A program made the position numbers and the translations under genes. 64,000 bases of DNA from the NCBI GenBank assembly GCA_964016885.1, contig OZ024740.1, forward strand, positions 194,184,001 through 194,248,000. Reading direction: 5' to 3'. Source of the DNA: Eledone cirrhosa (Eukaryota). Shown one piece after another: positions 26,130 to 39,378 of the stretch (its first letter is position 1; each line of letters begins with the position of its first letter). The notes under the pieces are model-generated. The model had not been told where the DNA came from. It ran no database searches and saw only the letters and a list, made by a program, of their open reading frames with translations.

Positions 26130-27630
26130 ATATAATATAGACACAAACACATATATATAGTCTAACAATGTTCTTTCGTTGCACATCTGCAACATCGTCA
26201 GTGGTGCTATTATGTTACTCGTATATCTACGCCATCATTATTTAATCTGTTTATTTATTTATTTATTTATATTTATCTTCTTCTCTGCGCATGCGTTTGC
26301 GTGTGTGTATAGTGTTTGGCGTGTGTTCGCGTTTGGGTGATTGTGGTTTGGTTATTGTATTCTATCTTAGTTTACTAGTGTGTGTTTATATGTGTTTGTT
26401 GTTATTGTGCTTGTGTGTATATTTATTTATTCATATTTCTCTTAGGTCAATATTTTTTTCTGTTTACCTTTGGCCTTCTAAGTTCTATTTCACTTGCCTC
26501 TCTGATTTGCCTATCTACTAGGTCATTTCTATGTTTAGATATTATTTTAATTTCTATGTTATCTATATTACCGTCATGTTGTTATCTGGTGTGTTCGTAT
26601 AGTACTGCAACGTTTTTCGTCCTTTTAGTTCCACCCAGTGTTAGTCTCTCCTTTCAACTATGTTACGAGCTGTCTCGCCTATGTATGTTGTTATCATGTT
26701 TCTTCAAGTACCCTCTGTACATCTTATGCTAAAGACTACGTTTCTAGTTTTACATTTATCCTGGGGGTTTATTTACATATAATAAATTTCCTATTAGTAG
26801 AGTGGGTTTTCTTAAAAGGGTATGCGTTGATGATCAGGGATCTTATGGTAGTTACTGGCTTTTCTACAACCTTAATCTTTAAATGGGTCTTTCTCAGGGC
26901 CTTTCTACACTGGTCAGCTAATTTCCCTCCAGGGGTAGCGTCCACGAACATGACGCTCTGGTATATCTGGTTGTCGTACCATGAGGTGGCTTTCCCTATC
27001 TTATGTTTTGTCCTATCTAAGTTATTCCATGATTTGCTCCTGTATAATGGGCAAATTCTTTTCATGTCCAGTTCTATGAGGGTCTTATACTTCTCCGTGG
27101 CTCCTCCATATACTCTGATTCTGTCTCTTTGGTTGTAGCCAGAGAACTGCATGCGGTTGATGAAGTATTGGATGTGTCTTTCCATTTCTGTTGGGTCGCA
27201 CAGGCGGAACACGTTCTTCATCACTCGTACCAAGTCTGCAATCAAAATATTAAACTTAGCACTACTGGACATTGCTGAGATTTTGAGTATCAGGTATTTG
27301 GAGGCCATGGGTTTAGCGTAGTGTGAATGGAGAATTTAGGCCCTCTCGTCTATAGTGTTAATCCAAGTTCCGTGTCTAAAACAGGTAGTCTACTGTTAGG
27401 GGGTTTGGAAGTGTAGTTCGATAGTTATAGTTATACTCTGGTGCATGGAATTAGATATCTGCTGGATGCTTTCCATTGTGCGACATTCTAATTCATACTT
27501 GTTAGTACTCTCTTCTGGGGGTGGCCTTATTGCTATATTAATGTCGTCTACGCAACGAGATTACATGATGAGGTCTATGGAGCTCTCATCAAGGAGATCG
27601 TTGAGTCACCTTTCCCACCATACCATAAAA
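26130..27630 (-). mobile_element. Penelope-like retroelement (RT C-terminus, linker, GIY-YIG), decayed
   Basis: RCVDDINI (YVDD-like) near 27545; ORF 26769-27308 gives thumb/linker (MQFSGY...VMFVDATPGGKLA...IKVVEKP); YIGETAR near 26680. Confidence 0.85.
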
Positions 27631-27897
27631 AGGTTGATATATATATATCAAAGGTATATATTGAGTTAGAAACTCAAAATAGTCTCTTACAATTAAGTAG
27701 CTCAAGGATAACATTTTTCCGAGCCGTATAATATAATTGAAGATAAAAGAGAGATAAACATAGATATATATATAGATGTGTTCAAATCGTAAGGGACCAG
27801 AGTCACTAAGGTAAAAAATATACCAACTATGGACAATAGAGTTTGCCAGATTCAATTTAAGAATAAATCAAGAAAATAAATACAAACCTTAATTGTG

Positions 27898-27945
<48 letters not shown>

Positions 27946-27954
27946 ATATATATG

Positions 27955-28036
<82 letters not shown>

Positions 28037-28054
28037 TATATATATGTATATATA

Positions 28055-28093
<39 letters not shown>

Positions 28094-28164
28094 TGTATGT
28101 ATGTATACATTTAAGTAAGTGCCGTACTAAGAGTGAGAAATGAAATTTCGTTTCATTCTATTCC

Positions 28165-28212
<48 letters not shown>

Positions 28213-28245
28213 TACATGAATCAAAGTTCAGTTTAAATCATTTAT

Positions 28246-28294
28246 TTGCTTACAATTGTTTCCTCCAAACCGAGGTTTGGATTCTTCGGAGCAA
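28246..28294 (-). ncRNA. Minimal hammerhead (U4C variant) in a TA-flanked insert
   Basis: ttgct-CCGAAGA-atccaaacctcggtttggag-GAAAC-AATT-GTA-agcaa: perfect 5-bp stem I and palindromic stem III ACAAUUGU. Confidence 0.7.
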
Positions 28295-28687
28295 TAATTT
28301 AGTGATTTTTTACATACTTGACCTCCTTTAAAACACAAGAGACATATAGAAACATATGTATATATTGACCCACAGTGGGTTGACATCCATCATAATAATA
28401 TAGCATGGTAATTTACATAGAAATATTGCAGTCATATTAAAGGACAAAATTAAAGTTAAAATTTAAATTTTAACTTTAACTTTAACTTTAATTTAATAGA
28501 TATATGTATACATATGTACAGTAGTATGTATATATATACATACATGCACACATATATATATATATGTACGTATGGATTTACTGAACATTTATTATAATGC
28601 TAGGTTTGTTTGTAAACAAACATCCCGAATTAAGCCGTACAGTGTTCAGCAAACATAGTTGCCCTTTTGTTCAACACTGTCAAAGGA

Positions 28688-28730
28688 ACGATGTACTAGT
28701 TTCAAGCTTATTAGCTATCGTCAGCACCGT
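28688..28730 (-). ncRNA. Minimal type-I hammerhead (second-locus variant)
   Basis: acggtg-CTGACGA-tagctaataagctt-GAAAC-TA-GTA-catcgt. Confidence 0.85.
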
Positions 28731-29379
28731 ATACCTTCCTGCCAGATAATTGAACCTCTGAATGTATACACTTTCCTTATACATATTAACGGCTGAGCAG
28801 CCTAATTTGCATATCGAGTGAGTTAATCGGCCGGGCGCACCGAAAACGATAAATGGAAAAAATGAAACGAAATTTCATTTCTCACTCTTAGTACTGCTGT
28901 TACTTAAATATAAGTATATATACGTACATACATATATGTATACAGACGTACAGTAGTATGTATATATATACATACATGCACACATATATATATGTACGTA
29001 TGGATTTACCGAACATTTATTATAATGCTCGGTTTATTTGTAAACAAACATCCTGAATTAAGCCGTACATTGTTTAACAACCATCGTTGCCCTCTTGTTC
29101 AACACTTTTGTTTACAAACGAACCGAGCATTATAATAAATGTTCGGTAAATCCATACGTACATATATATATATATGTGTGTGCATGTATGTATATATATA
29201 CATACTACTGTACGTCTGTATACATATATGTATGTACGGATACATACTTTTTATATATATATATATATACACATGTATGTATGTATGTAAAAAATATATG
29301 TGTATGTGAGATATATATATGTGTATGTACAGGATATGTATAGTATACGACATGTATACGATATGTAAAATACACCACA

Positions 29380-30695
29380 TGCAGTGAATACTTCGCAACA
29401 TGCGGAAAGAGACATTTTACAATTTTCTCTTTCTTTAAGATATGGTCGGACAACGAACACTTCCGAAAATATAAAGAAGAATTCTTTATTAAAAAATACA
29501 AACCACTACTGAACACAAAAAAGTGATATTCCATCTTCAAGCAACGGGATTCTCCTCCTCTCGTTTCTGTAAAAAAATCTCATATTGAAAAAGAAAAATA
29601 GTTGATGACACCCGTACTTTCAAACATTCGATCGCTGAAGAGAAGAAAAAAACCCTAGAGGTACAACAACATTTCATTAATTTCTCCTTCCCCACACCAA
29701 TTTATATATGAACTTAAATACTTCAGTAGATGTGTATATCTGTATGTATAAATGTTTTTTTTTTATATATGTGTCTGTAGGTATCTGTTAGACACACAGT
29801 GACTACTAACAGTATGTTTTAAATTTCCGTGTCTTGACATGTGTTGTTTGTTGTGTTGACATGATGATGTGACATACATGCGTAGCTTGAGAATAAACAT
29901 GTCAAGGGGGATCGCTGGCCGTCGTGATGCCTCCCAAACATATTTTGTAATGTTTCGTCTTATTGGCTAATTTCATCGTCTTATTGGCAAATCAACCAAC
30001 GAGAGTAATTGTTGCTCAAAAGCATCCGCTAATTTGTTTCCACGTTTATTTATCGTTTCGCTTTCGTCGTTTTATCATCAAAATATGTTTCTCGTTTTGG
30101 TAAGATATACTGTTAATTTATATATTATTTCTTAAATTTATTGTTAATTTATATATGATTTCTTAAATTTATATTAACAATTGAAAGTCTGAAAATATTT
30201 TTATACATCTTACAATAATATTTATAAGATCATTTATAAAATAACAATTATATAATCTAATTACATTACAACGATAATTTATTATTAATATATATCATGT
30301 TTAACTAGAGTTATTACAAGCGTTGCCTTAAAAATACATTAAACTAGACCTGAAAAATGCGCAAGCTCAAAAGAGCCACAGAATGTTATAATAAACCTTC
30401 AAAAGTGTGGGACTAGAGTTGTTATTTAAGTGAATTTATAATATAGAATTCAGTTTAAGTGTATTTCGTATTAATCATTACTAAACATCTAATATGAGAT
30501 ATTGAACATTAGCTTAAATAATGATCGTGTCGTCTTGAGTTCGTTATGAGTCTCTTTTTTATAAAAGGATGCCACAGAATGTACGATAGATAATGATTAC
30601 AATATTTTTGAGCAACAACTCTAGTCCCACACTTTTGAAGGTTTATTTATAACATTCTGTGGCTCTTTTGAGCTTGCGCATTTTTCAGGTCTAGT
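29380..30695 (+). mobile_element. Penelope-like 3' fragment with a terminal inverted repeat
   Basis: SEYFATCGKRHFTIFSFFKIWSDNEHFRKYKEEFFIKKYKPLLN (GIY-YIG C-terminus); inverted arms at 30343-30423 and 30614-30695. Confidence 0.6.
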
Positions 30696-31499
<804 letters not shown>

Positions 31500-31500
<1 letters not shown>

Positions 31501-32654
31501 CTAGGGCGGGTAAAATTCCCGAGATCCATGGACGAGTTCTCTCCACCGGTCTCTGTCCCTCATTTTCGCTGCCATGTCTTGTGTCTCCAACAGACCAGTG
31601 TCTGTCGTTAGGGCATCAACATACGTTAACATTAGTTTTCCTCTTCCAGTGTGTCCATGTAGGGGCTCCCACAGGAGCACTGAGTGCAATGTCAATTCAG
31701 GATGTCGGTGAGCTGTTCAGCTAAACTCAGTCTCCTCTGTGTCACTTTTGAGCTGACTTTTTGGAGGCTCCCATACATCTCTGAGTTTTTCATCCTCAGT
31801 GTATACTGATTAATGTTCAGAGCCATCCTCAGCATTTTCGTGTAGCACCCATCCACAATCTCAGTGAATTTCTTGGTCAGTGTCCAAGTCTCAGACCCGT
31901 ACAGAAGCACAGATTCCACTACAGCAATGAAGAGTCGGATTTTTCAGGTGTTTACTAAGGTCGGACTTCCACACCGATCTCAAGCTGTGGCACACCACCC
32001 AGGCCTTTCACTTCCTCTCAACCACATCATCTTCTGTATTCTCAATCTTTGCTCCTAAATACAGGAAGTCCTCAACCAATTCAAGCGGCTTCCCGCCTAC
32101 ATTAGTGATCCCCTCTGGCTTCTCAACATTCTCTACCAGATATGTTGTTTTAGTCTCATTTATTCTCAGCCCCACACTCATCGACACAGTCTCAACCCCT
32201 GCATCAAATCCTCTGCCTCCTTCACTGTGTTTGTCACCAAAATTATGTCGTAGGCAAATTCAGCATCCGATATCTTTTTCGCCTTAACTCTCCTGCTCTG
32301 AGCCAGTGCTACAGTAGAGACAGAGTCCTGGTGTTTCTCCAGTGCAAGGCGCATACAATAGTCCACTACGATGATAAAAAGGTAGGGAGCCAATGTAACT
32401 CTCTGGAGCACTCCAGCCAGTATATCAAAGAACTCTGTCATCCGATCAGGTGTAATGATGGGCTTTGGTGCTGGTATAGAGCAGTGATATCAGGTCTACT
32501 ATCTTCTTGGGGATTCCATAAGCCTATAAGATCTGCATTAGGCAGTGGTGGTCCACAGAATCAAAGGCCTTCCTAAAGTCAATGAAAACCATGACCGCAG
32601 GAAGGCACTTTGCCCCAGCTCCCTCTAATATCCTCCTCAGCATCAGGATGTGAC
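31500..32654 (-). mobile_element. RTE-clade LINE, 3' ~1.15 kb, decayed
   Basis: FIDFRKAFDSV, AGVLQRVTLAPYLFIIVVD, AEFAYDI (YADD-like), ESVLLYGSETW, LLWEPLHG...DRDRW. Confidence 0.9.
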
Positions 32655-32726
<72 letters not shown>

Positions 32727-32795
32727 GTGTGTATGTGTATTTATGTATGTATATATATACACACACACACACATACATACACATACATATATATA

Positions 32796-32831
<36 letters not shown>

Positions 32832-33669
32832 TGTATGTGTTGATATGCGTGTGTATGTGTATGTGTTTGTATGTAATATATATGGACTGTAGATATATTT
32901 ACTTATAGAGAAGTGAATATGTGAGCCAGCATGCCCCCCCCCCCCTCACACACACACACACACACACTTCCTCTCCCAGACCAATATCAACAACACATCT
33001 TTGAAAAATGTTCCCAAACTATCCTTCTTTTCTCTTTTTACTGTCATCCCATTCTTATCAAAAGACATGTATCTTACATCGCATTAAAACCCAGACAAGC
33101 ACCTAAATTCATCTTTGATATAGAAATTTGTAGAAGATATTCTTTATGGATTTGGAAGAGTTGATTCAGGTATGCCATTATATACTCATCAATATATACT
33201 CATCAATATATACTCATCATTTTCTGAGTGTGTGTGTATATGTATGTGTGTGTATGTGTGTGTGTACTTGTGTGTGTGTGTGTATGTATGCTTTAATTCT
33301 CCGGACCTTCATCATCATCACCACTCATTAACACCTCACCCGAGACACACCCAAATCTCTATTATATATAGTCACACATTTCAACACAACCGGCTCTCAG
33401 TTTGACAGTCGCCACAGACAGACGAATGCGAGAAAGTTCTCCAACCCAATTAACCAGGAATCTTTAAAATTCTTACCACCGAAGTTAACAAAGAACTTAC
33501 TGGATCTACCAACTCAATATGTTTCTTGTTTCTTGTATTAAAAATCGTAATATTATAATATTATAAAATTAAATCAAACATTTTTTAACACTACCAGTGA
33601 AGTAATTCTTTTCCTTTTTTTCAAATATACCTAACTGTACCAAGGATCTCACACATTTTCCAATATATA

Positions 33670-34050
33670 TGGCAGACTAGGTCTAAAAATGTTGGGTGCC
33701 AGATGAAGGGGCCCCACCTACACATAGAATGGTATCATTTAATTTGTATAATGAATAAATAATTGTTTCTACTTTTGGCACAAGGCCAGCAATTACCCAG
33801 TAGATTACTGGTACTTTATTTTATCGACCCCATAAGGATGAAAGGCAAAGTTAACCTCGGCGGGATTTGAACTCAGAATGGCAAGGGCCGTAACTCTATA
33901 CGTCAAAGCATGGCGCCCGACCCTCTACCGATACTGCCAAAATAATATTTTCAAAAAATACATAAGTGCAATCACATTTTTGCGGAAAAATATCTTACAT
34001 TCTCCAATAAAAAATATTATGTGTTTTCCGAAATCCAGAGACTTTCAATT
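33670..34050 (+). repeat. Internal diverged copy of the hAT left-end region, interrupted by a SINE-A (~33760-33940, minus strand)
   Basis: Matches 22298-22505 ('gatgaagggg.cccaccta...gcggaaaaatatcttac...gaaatccagagactttcaat'). Confidence 0.75.
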
Positions 34051-34078
34051 ATAACCTTTGGTCTTTCACACTCACTCA

Positions 34079-34116
<38 letters not shown>

Positions 34117-36899
34117 ATGTGTGTGTGTGTGTGCGCGCGTGTGCGTGTGTGTGGGTGCGCGCGTGTGTGTGTATATACAACCTTCACTACTAATTGATTT
34201 GACAGATGTCTTTAACCCATTGATACCAAATATTATTTGGTCAGTAGCTCGTGTGTAAGTGTATAAATATCTACATATACATATGCGTGTGTGTCTGTGT
34301 CTATATATGTATCTTTGCATGCATGAATGAATACACTAAGTTTTAGATTTAGTAGAATTTACAACCACTGATTCCAGCTATCTGCACTATCATGTATTTT
34401 AGTTTCTAGTAATTCCGTGGGGAATTAGTTGACCAAATGCTTCGTTTAATTGTTTTATTATTATTTTTTTTTAACGTTATTCATTCTCTCAGATTTCAGG
34501 TATTTTTTGAAAGCAAAGCATTTCCCCCATAAAATACTACAGTGGGCTCTGTAATACTATTGTGGGCTCTTGCAATATTACCGTGGGCCCCCTGAGGCCC
34601 ACTTGCCATTGCGCAACCTGGCAACCTGGCCAATCCGCCACTGCATGTATTATTGGAACATCAAGCCAGAAAAGCAAGTCCATTCAAAGTTGTTAAGTTA
34701 TAAATACTATCAAATTTAATGTTTGAGTATTTATTACTTCTTATTACACCAATGTTGTGTATTTGAATACATAAGCTTCGTCCATTGTCTTTTAATTAAT
34801 TGCTTAATATACGATATATATTAAAGGTCCGTCTTTAATCACAAGAAGATATACCGAAAAAAACTATTTTAAGTAATGTACACTTAACATATATTTTCAT
34901 AAACTGTACATACTGTTAATTAATAGAAATCGAACCTTTTAAGGGATGTAATGCTGTTATTCAAAAAATTGAAACATCGATGCAATAACCCCTAGTAGAA
35001 ACTTAAAGTGTATACAGTTTTATGGTAATTCTCCATTTCATTAACATGCCATTAACATACCTTCCATATCAGACAATAGATACATTAAACACTCAAATTT
35101 TGAATAGTCTAAATTACTGTACGTATATAATATGATTTTTTATTAATAAATTTAGTTGAGATTAGACGTTAAACCCTTGTTAAATTCTTGATAATTACAA
35201 TATTATGTATATCTTAAACTGGACATATTGTAAACAGGTACATTGGATAAATCAGATCAAGAAATATTAAAAGTTACATATTTATATATTAATTTTCGTG
35301 GCTGTACCTTTGCATTATTAATTGATTCCTCTGAACCGAGCCATTGCTTTTAAATCTATAAGCAGAAAAATTGTTGTAGAGTAGTAAGATAGTCTGAAAG
35401 CAACAGTTTAAGCCTAATATTGTAATTATATAGTTAATGAGCTCCTATGCTTCTGCCGTATGATCATACAGTGTCAATCAAGGGTTCAGTCCAAAACAAC
35501 CAGCCCCTTCTATATTTCACCCCATTGAATCTCATTTCAAGCATTCATAAATTATATAGAAAATAGCTCTCTATTCCCCCGAATGTCTTCATGCACACTT
35601 CCATATAATGAACTACTCAATGTCAACAACTCTGTTTTTGGGGTGTTATTTCCATTTTATATTTAAAATACACATTGTGGAATTGGATTGAAATAGTTCA
35701 GATTATATGAAATATAATCTAACAATTCTCTAACAAAGTTTTGTTGAATTGTACAACTTCGCTTTTAAACCATTTTAATATATCCGGTAAACATTTTTGG
35801 TGTACCCTTTGATAAACTATGTGACTTCTCAAACATGTGCACCAGTTATATAATAATGGTTTAACCTTGCTTCAAATGTATAAGAAAAGATTTATGTGGT
35901 AAGGCATTGCTGTACACTTAATAATATTCGTTCTGCAGGTGGTGCTTGTTTTCGAAATAAATGAAGGAAATGCATTCAAATACGTTGTGTACGTATTTGA
36001 ATATGAAATAATAATGAATAAGACTTAGATGTGTTCATGATTTACTCGTATAAAATAAATGAAAACAAAGGCGGTTTAATGTCGAACCCCATAAATAGAA
36101 AATAGATATTTCATTGCCTGAATTGAGAATTTATCGTTGTTTGTTTAATGTTTTAATGATATAACATATGTATAAAAATGAAATGCATCCACGTGTTTAT
36201 ATCAATACCTACTTAAAAGTATTTCACATCACACTGTCTCTATTTCCCTTTATATAAGCATGCTTTGTTTCCATGTAAATGTTCGGTATATATTTTTAAG
36301 GACTACGTTTGTCTGGTGAGACAAAGCAGCTTTATATGGAGACAAATTCAAGTAGCAGTTTCTTTCAACGGAATGATGAATATGGAATATATTTACAAAT
36401 CTGTAGCACTATCTGATAAAATGCTTGCAATTTACAATTATTCCATCATTTTAAAATGTTACATTACTCAGCTATTATTGAACAAACACAAAATGTGATA
36501 CTTCACTTATATTATCCATTTCCTCTTTTCTTAAATACTTCAACGTCTAGAATACAGTGGTTCGTTAAGTGTCTAATTGTTAGGTATGAAGTAATCACAC
36601 ATTGTCTTTCTTCAGGTCTTTCTTTCTTCTATCTTTCTCTCTAACACTATTGTTTAACAATTAACTGTAAATAAAGAATGAAGCGATTTGTGTCTTAGAA
36701 AACAGACGCGTTCATTCTGTGAATATATCACTAACCCAAACTCTCAGAACTACAATAACGTTATAATATTTAAGAAACAGATAGCAGCTATGATTATTAT
36801 TACTATATTATCTAAACCAGCATATTTCAGCAGTTTCATCAACCCATTGGTGTTTTCGGTTAGATAAAATTTGTTTGTGTGCTTTATCATTTTTTTTTT

Positions 36900-39040
36900 C
36901 TTTCTTAGTGTACTCTTCCGTTGTTTGTTTGTGTTGCTTTAGCGTTTCATTCGATGAGTATTATGAAATAAATTAATATGTCAGGTGAACGACTGTATGT
37001 GTTATGTGAGTTATGTTATGTCGGGTGGTATAAAGAATATTAGAATTTAAGCTTATTACTGAGACAGCTAGACTATTGGTGCCTATTGCCTTATTCTTTG
37101 CATTTAGTTCTGTCTCAAGTAGAAATATAATGCGTCTATTGTTTTCTTTTCTAATCCTTTCTTCATTTATGTATAAAAAGCCTTGTCTGGTTCATTGCCT
37201 CTTAGGTATTTGTATGTCCGTGTTTGATCTAATTATCTCATCTAAATTGCTATATTTAGTGTGATATAAGTATATTTAGCTATCTTTTCTCTCTTAAGCG
37301 TTGCCTTGGCGAATTTTTCTAATCTAAATTTAGTATCTATTTGTTTTGTAAATCTGTATTATCTGTAGAAACATTTCCAGTTGTCTATCAGCTGCGGCGT
37401 ATAGCTTAATATCGTATATGTTGAATAAATAATTGATGTGTTTTATTTTGTTTTTAACGTAGTATATGTTTCTATCTACAAACTAGCATAAGGTATCAGT
37501 TAGTAGTGACACTGCTATAGAGAAATTGTGTCGAAATTGAGTGGAAATAGAGAGTCGCGCTGAAACATTTCTCTGTTAATTAGGATGGGTTAGGTTTTTA
37601 TAACTCCTTATTTCGTCTCTATCTGCAGAACTGTTTGCCCCTTATTCATGGCATGGGTGATATATTTTCTTTACTGTTAATGCTAATATTCTTTGTATGC
37701 CTTCCGCAGTCTTCTGATGTGGCTTTCTTGATTAGTAACTGATTCGCAGTATCTTTTATGCTCGTGTGTGAAAGGTTTTTAAGTGTTTGATCAGTCTATG
37801 TGATAATATTGTAGTTTGTAACAAAGCAAATTATGAGTCTATCGTTTTGGGAGGTTGCTGTGCCATTGACTTTGGGCATTATCAAGGTTTTCAGTTTATT
37901 CTGCCAAGCTGGTGTTTCTTCTGGCTCCGTCACCAATTCATTAAACCTTTTCCATTAGTACCCCATGTAACTATGTTAAAGGTTTCAACAAGAAGATTGG
38001 GATACTATCATGACCTGGTCTCTGCCAGGTGCATCTATTATTCAGTACGTTAATCACGTCTTAGTTGTGATGTCTTCCTACAATTGTTATATTACTTGTT
38101 CTATCCAGTTCTCTGTGTGATGTGTCCCTTATTGCCCATATTCCTTACAAAGACTCTTCCACTTCTTTTAATTTTGTGGCTAATTATAATTTCGTTATAT
38201 TTCTCCCTAATTATTGGAATATCTGTTCAGGGATGGAGTGAAACTGCAAGTTTTATTCAAGGAACCGTTGGCCCTTTTCGTATCTGAAGATTCTGTATGC
38301 TTTAACCCGTATCTTTTCGTTTAAGCTTTCCTTTGTTGCATTAATTCCTATTACATTTTCTTTATATTTTTCTTTCATTTCTTTTTCCTAGATGTGTTGT
38401 TTGCGATCCTACTCCAATTGTGTTTGATACAATTTTCTCCTATTTTCTAACTGTTTTCCATATTTATTTGTGTTTTGTTAATCTTGATTTTGTAGATCTA
38501 AAGGCTAACAACTTTCTTTTGTAATTGCATGGATTGTTTAGTATAATTGTCATTTAACATTCTCATACAAATGTTTTTGTTTGTGTCAATTAAGTCTATT
38601 ACGGCCATACTAACAGTTCTTGTTATCAATGCTGCTATGTTATCATGGGATTTTATGCTTAGAAAGCGTTTTCTTTGGTCAATATGGAAATCTATTCACC
38701 GGCGTTCTTGGAATATTTCAAATATTATCCTATTGTGTTCATAAACTCCATCTTTTGGGTTTCCTTTTCTTGAATCATCTTAAATTCCATTTATTTGTAT
38801 TGTTTAGCTTTCTTCTCGATCTGTTTGACTTGATCAGTATTCTTTAGGTCTTCTAAGTTTTGGTTTTGTTAGTTCTTACTATATTTGTTATAGATATGTT
38901 TGTTTTATCTTCATACATCACATTCTCAATATTTCAAGTTATTTGCCTTTTATTCGTTATTTGTACTTTCGTACTGTATTCGGTTTGTTAGATATTGTAT
39001 TTCAATTTCTGATATCCTGTTGTTCGCTAGAATGCCAGGG
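36900..39040 (-). mobile_element. Highly decayed AT-rich LINE (CR1/L2-group-like)
   Basis: Weak RT-like peptides (e.g. WGTNGKGLMNW, KVNGTATS) and strong strand asymmetry; many stops. Confidence 0.45.
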
Positions 39041-39215
39041 TAGAGGTTTAAATGTACAATGGATGTAATATTTCTCCTGGTTTTATAGGATTATACTGTT
39101 GCATACTTGTTTTCCATCTTGGGTTTAAATATACATATAAGTTCGAAACATATTCGTTTTCTCTCCAATTATATCTTCTCAACGACGACGACGATATCTT
39201 TTGAATTAATTGTGG

Positions 39216-39378
39216 CACTAAGGCGGTGGATTGGCAGTACCGGTTGAGGATCGGACGCCATGCTTTGCAGCAAAGAGTTACGGCCTTTATTGTCCCCCAA
39301 ATCCCGCTGAGGTTAACCCCCTTATGGGGTCGATAAAATAATAAAGTACCAGTAATACACTGGGATAAAAGTAGAAAC
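39216..39378 (+). mobile_element. SINE family A with 12-bp TSD
   Basis: Head 'ggcggtggattggcagtaccgg'; TSD AATTAATTGTGG at 39204-39215 and 39379-39390. Confidence 0.85.

Larger units (their letters stand above)
28110..29250. mobile_element. Second locus of the 420-bp hammerhead repeat (partial tandem plus inversion), interrupted by (TA)n and an unrelated insert
   Basis: Same unit sequence at ~28500-29105, inverted at 29106-29250 and 28110-28170. Confidence 0.85.
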
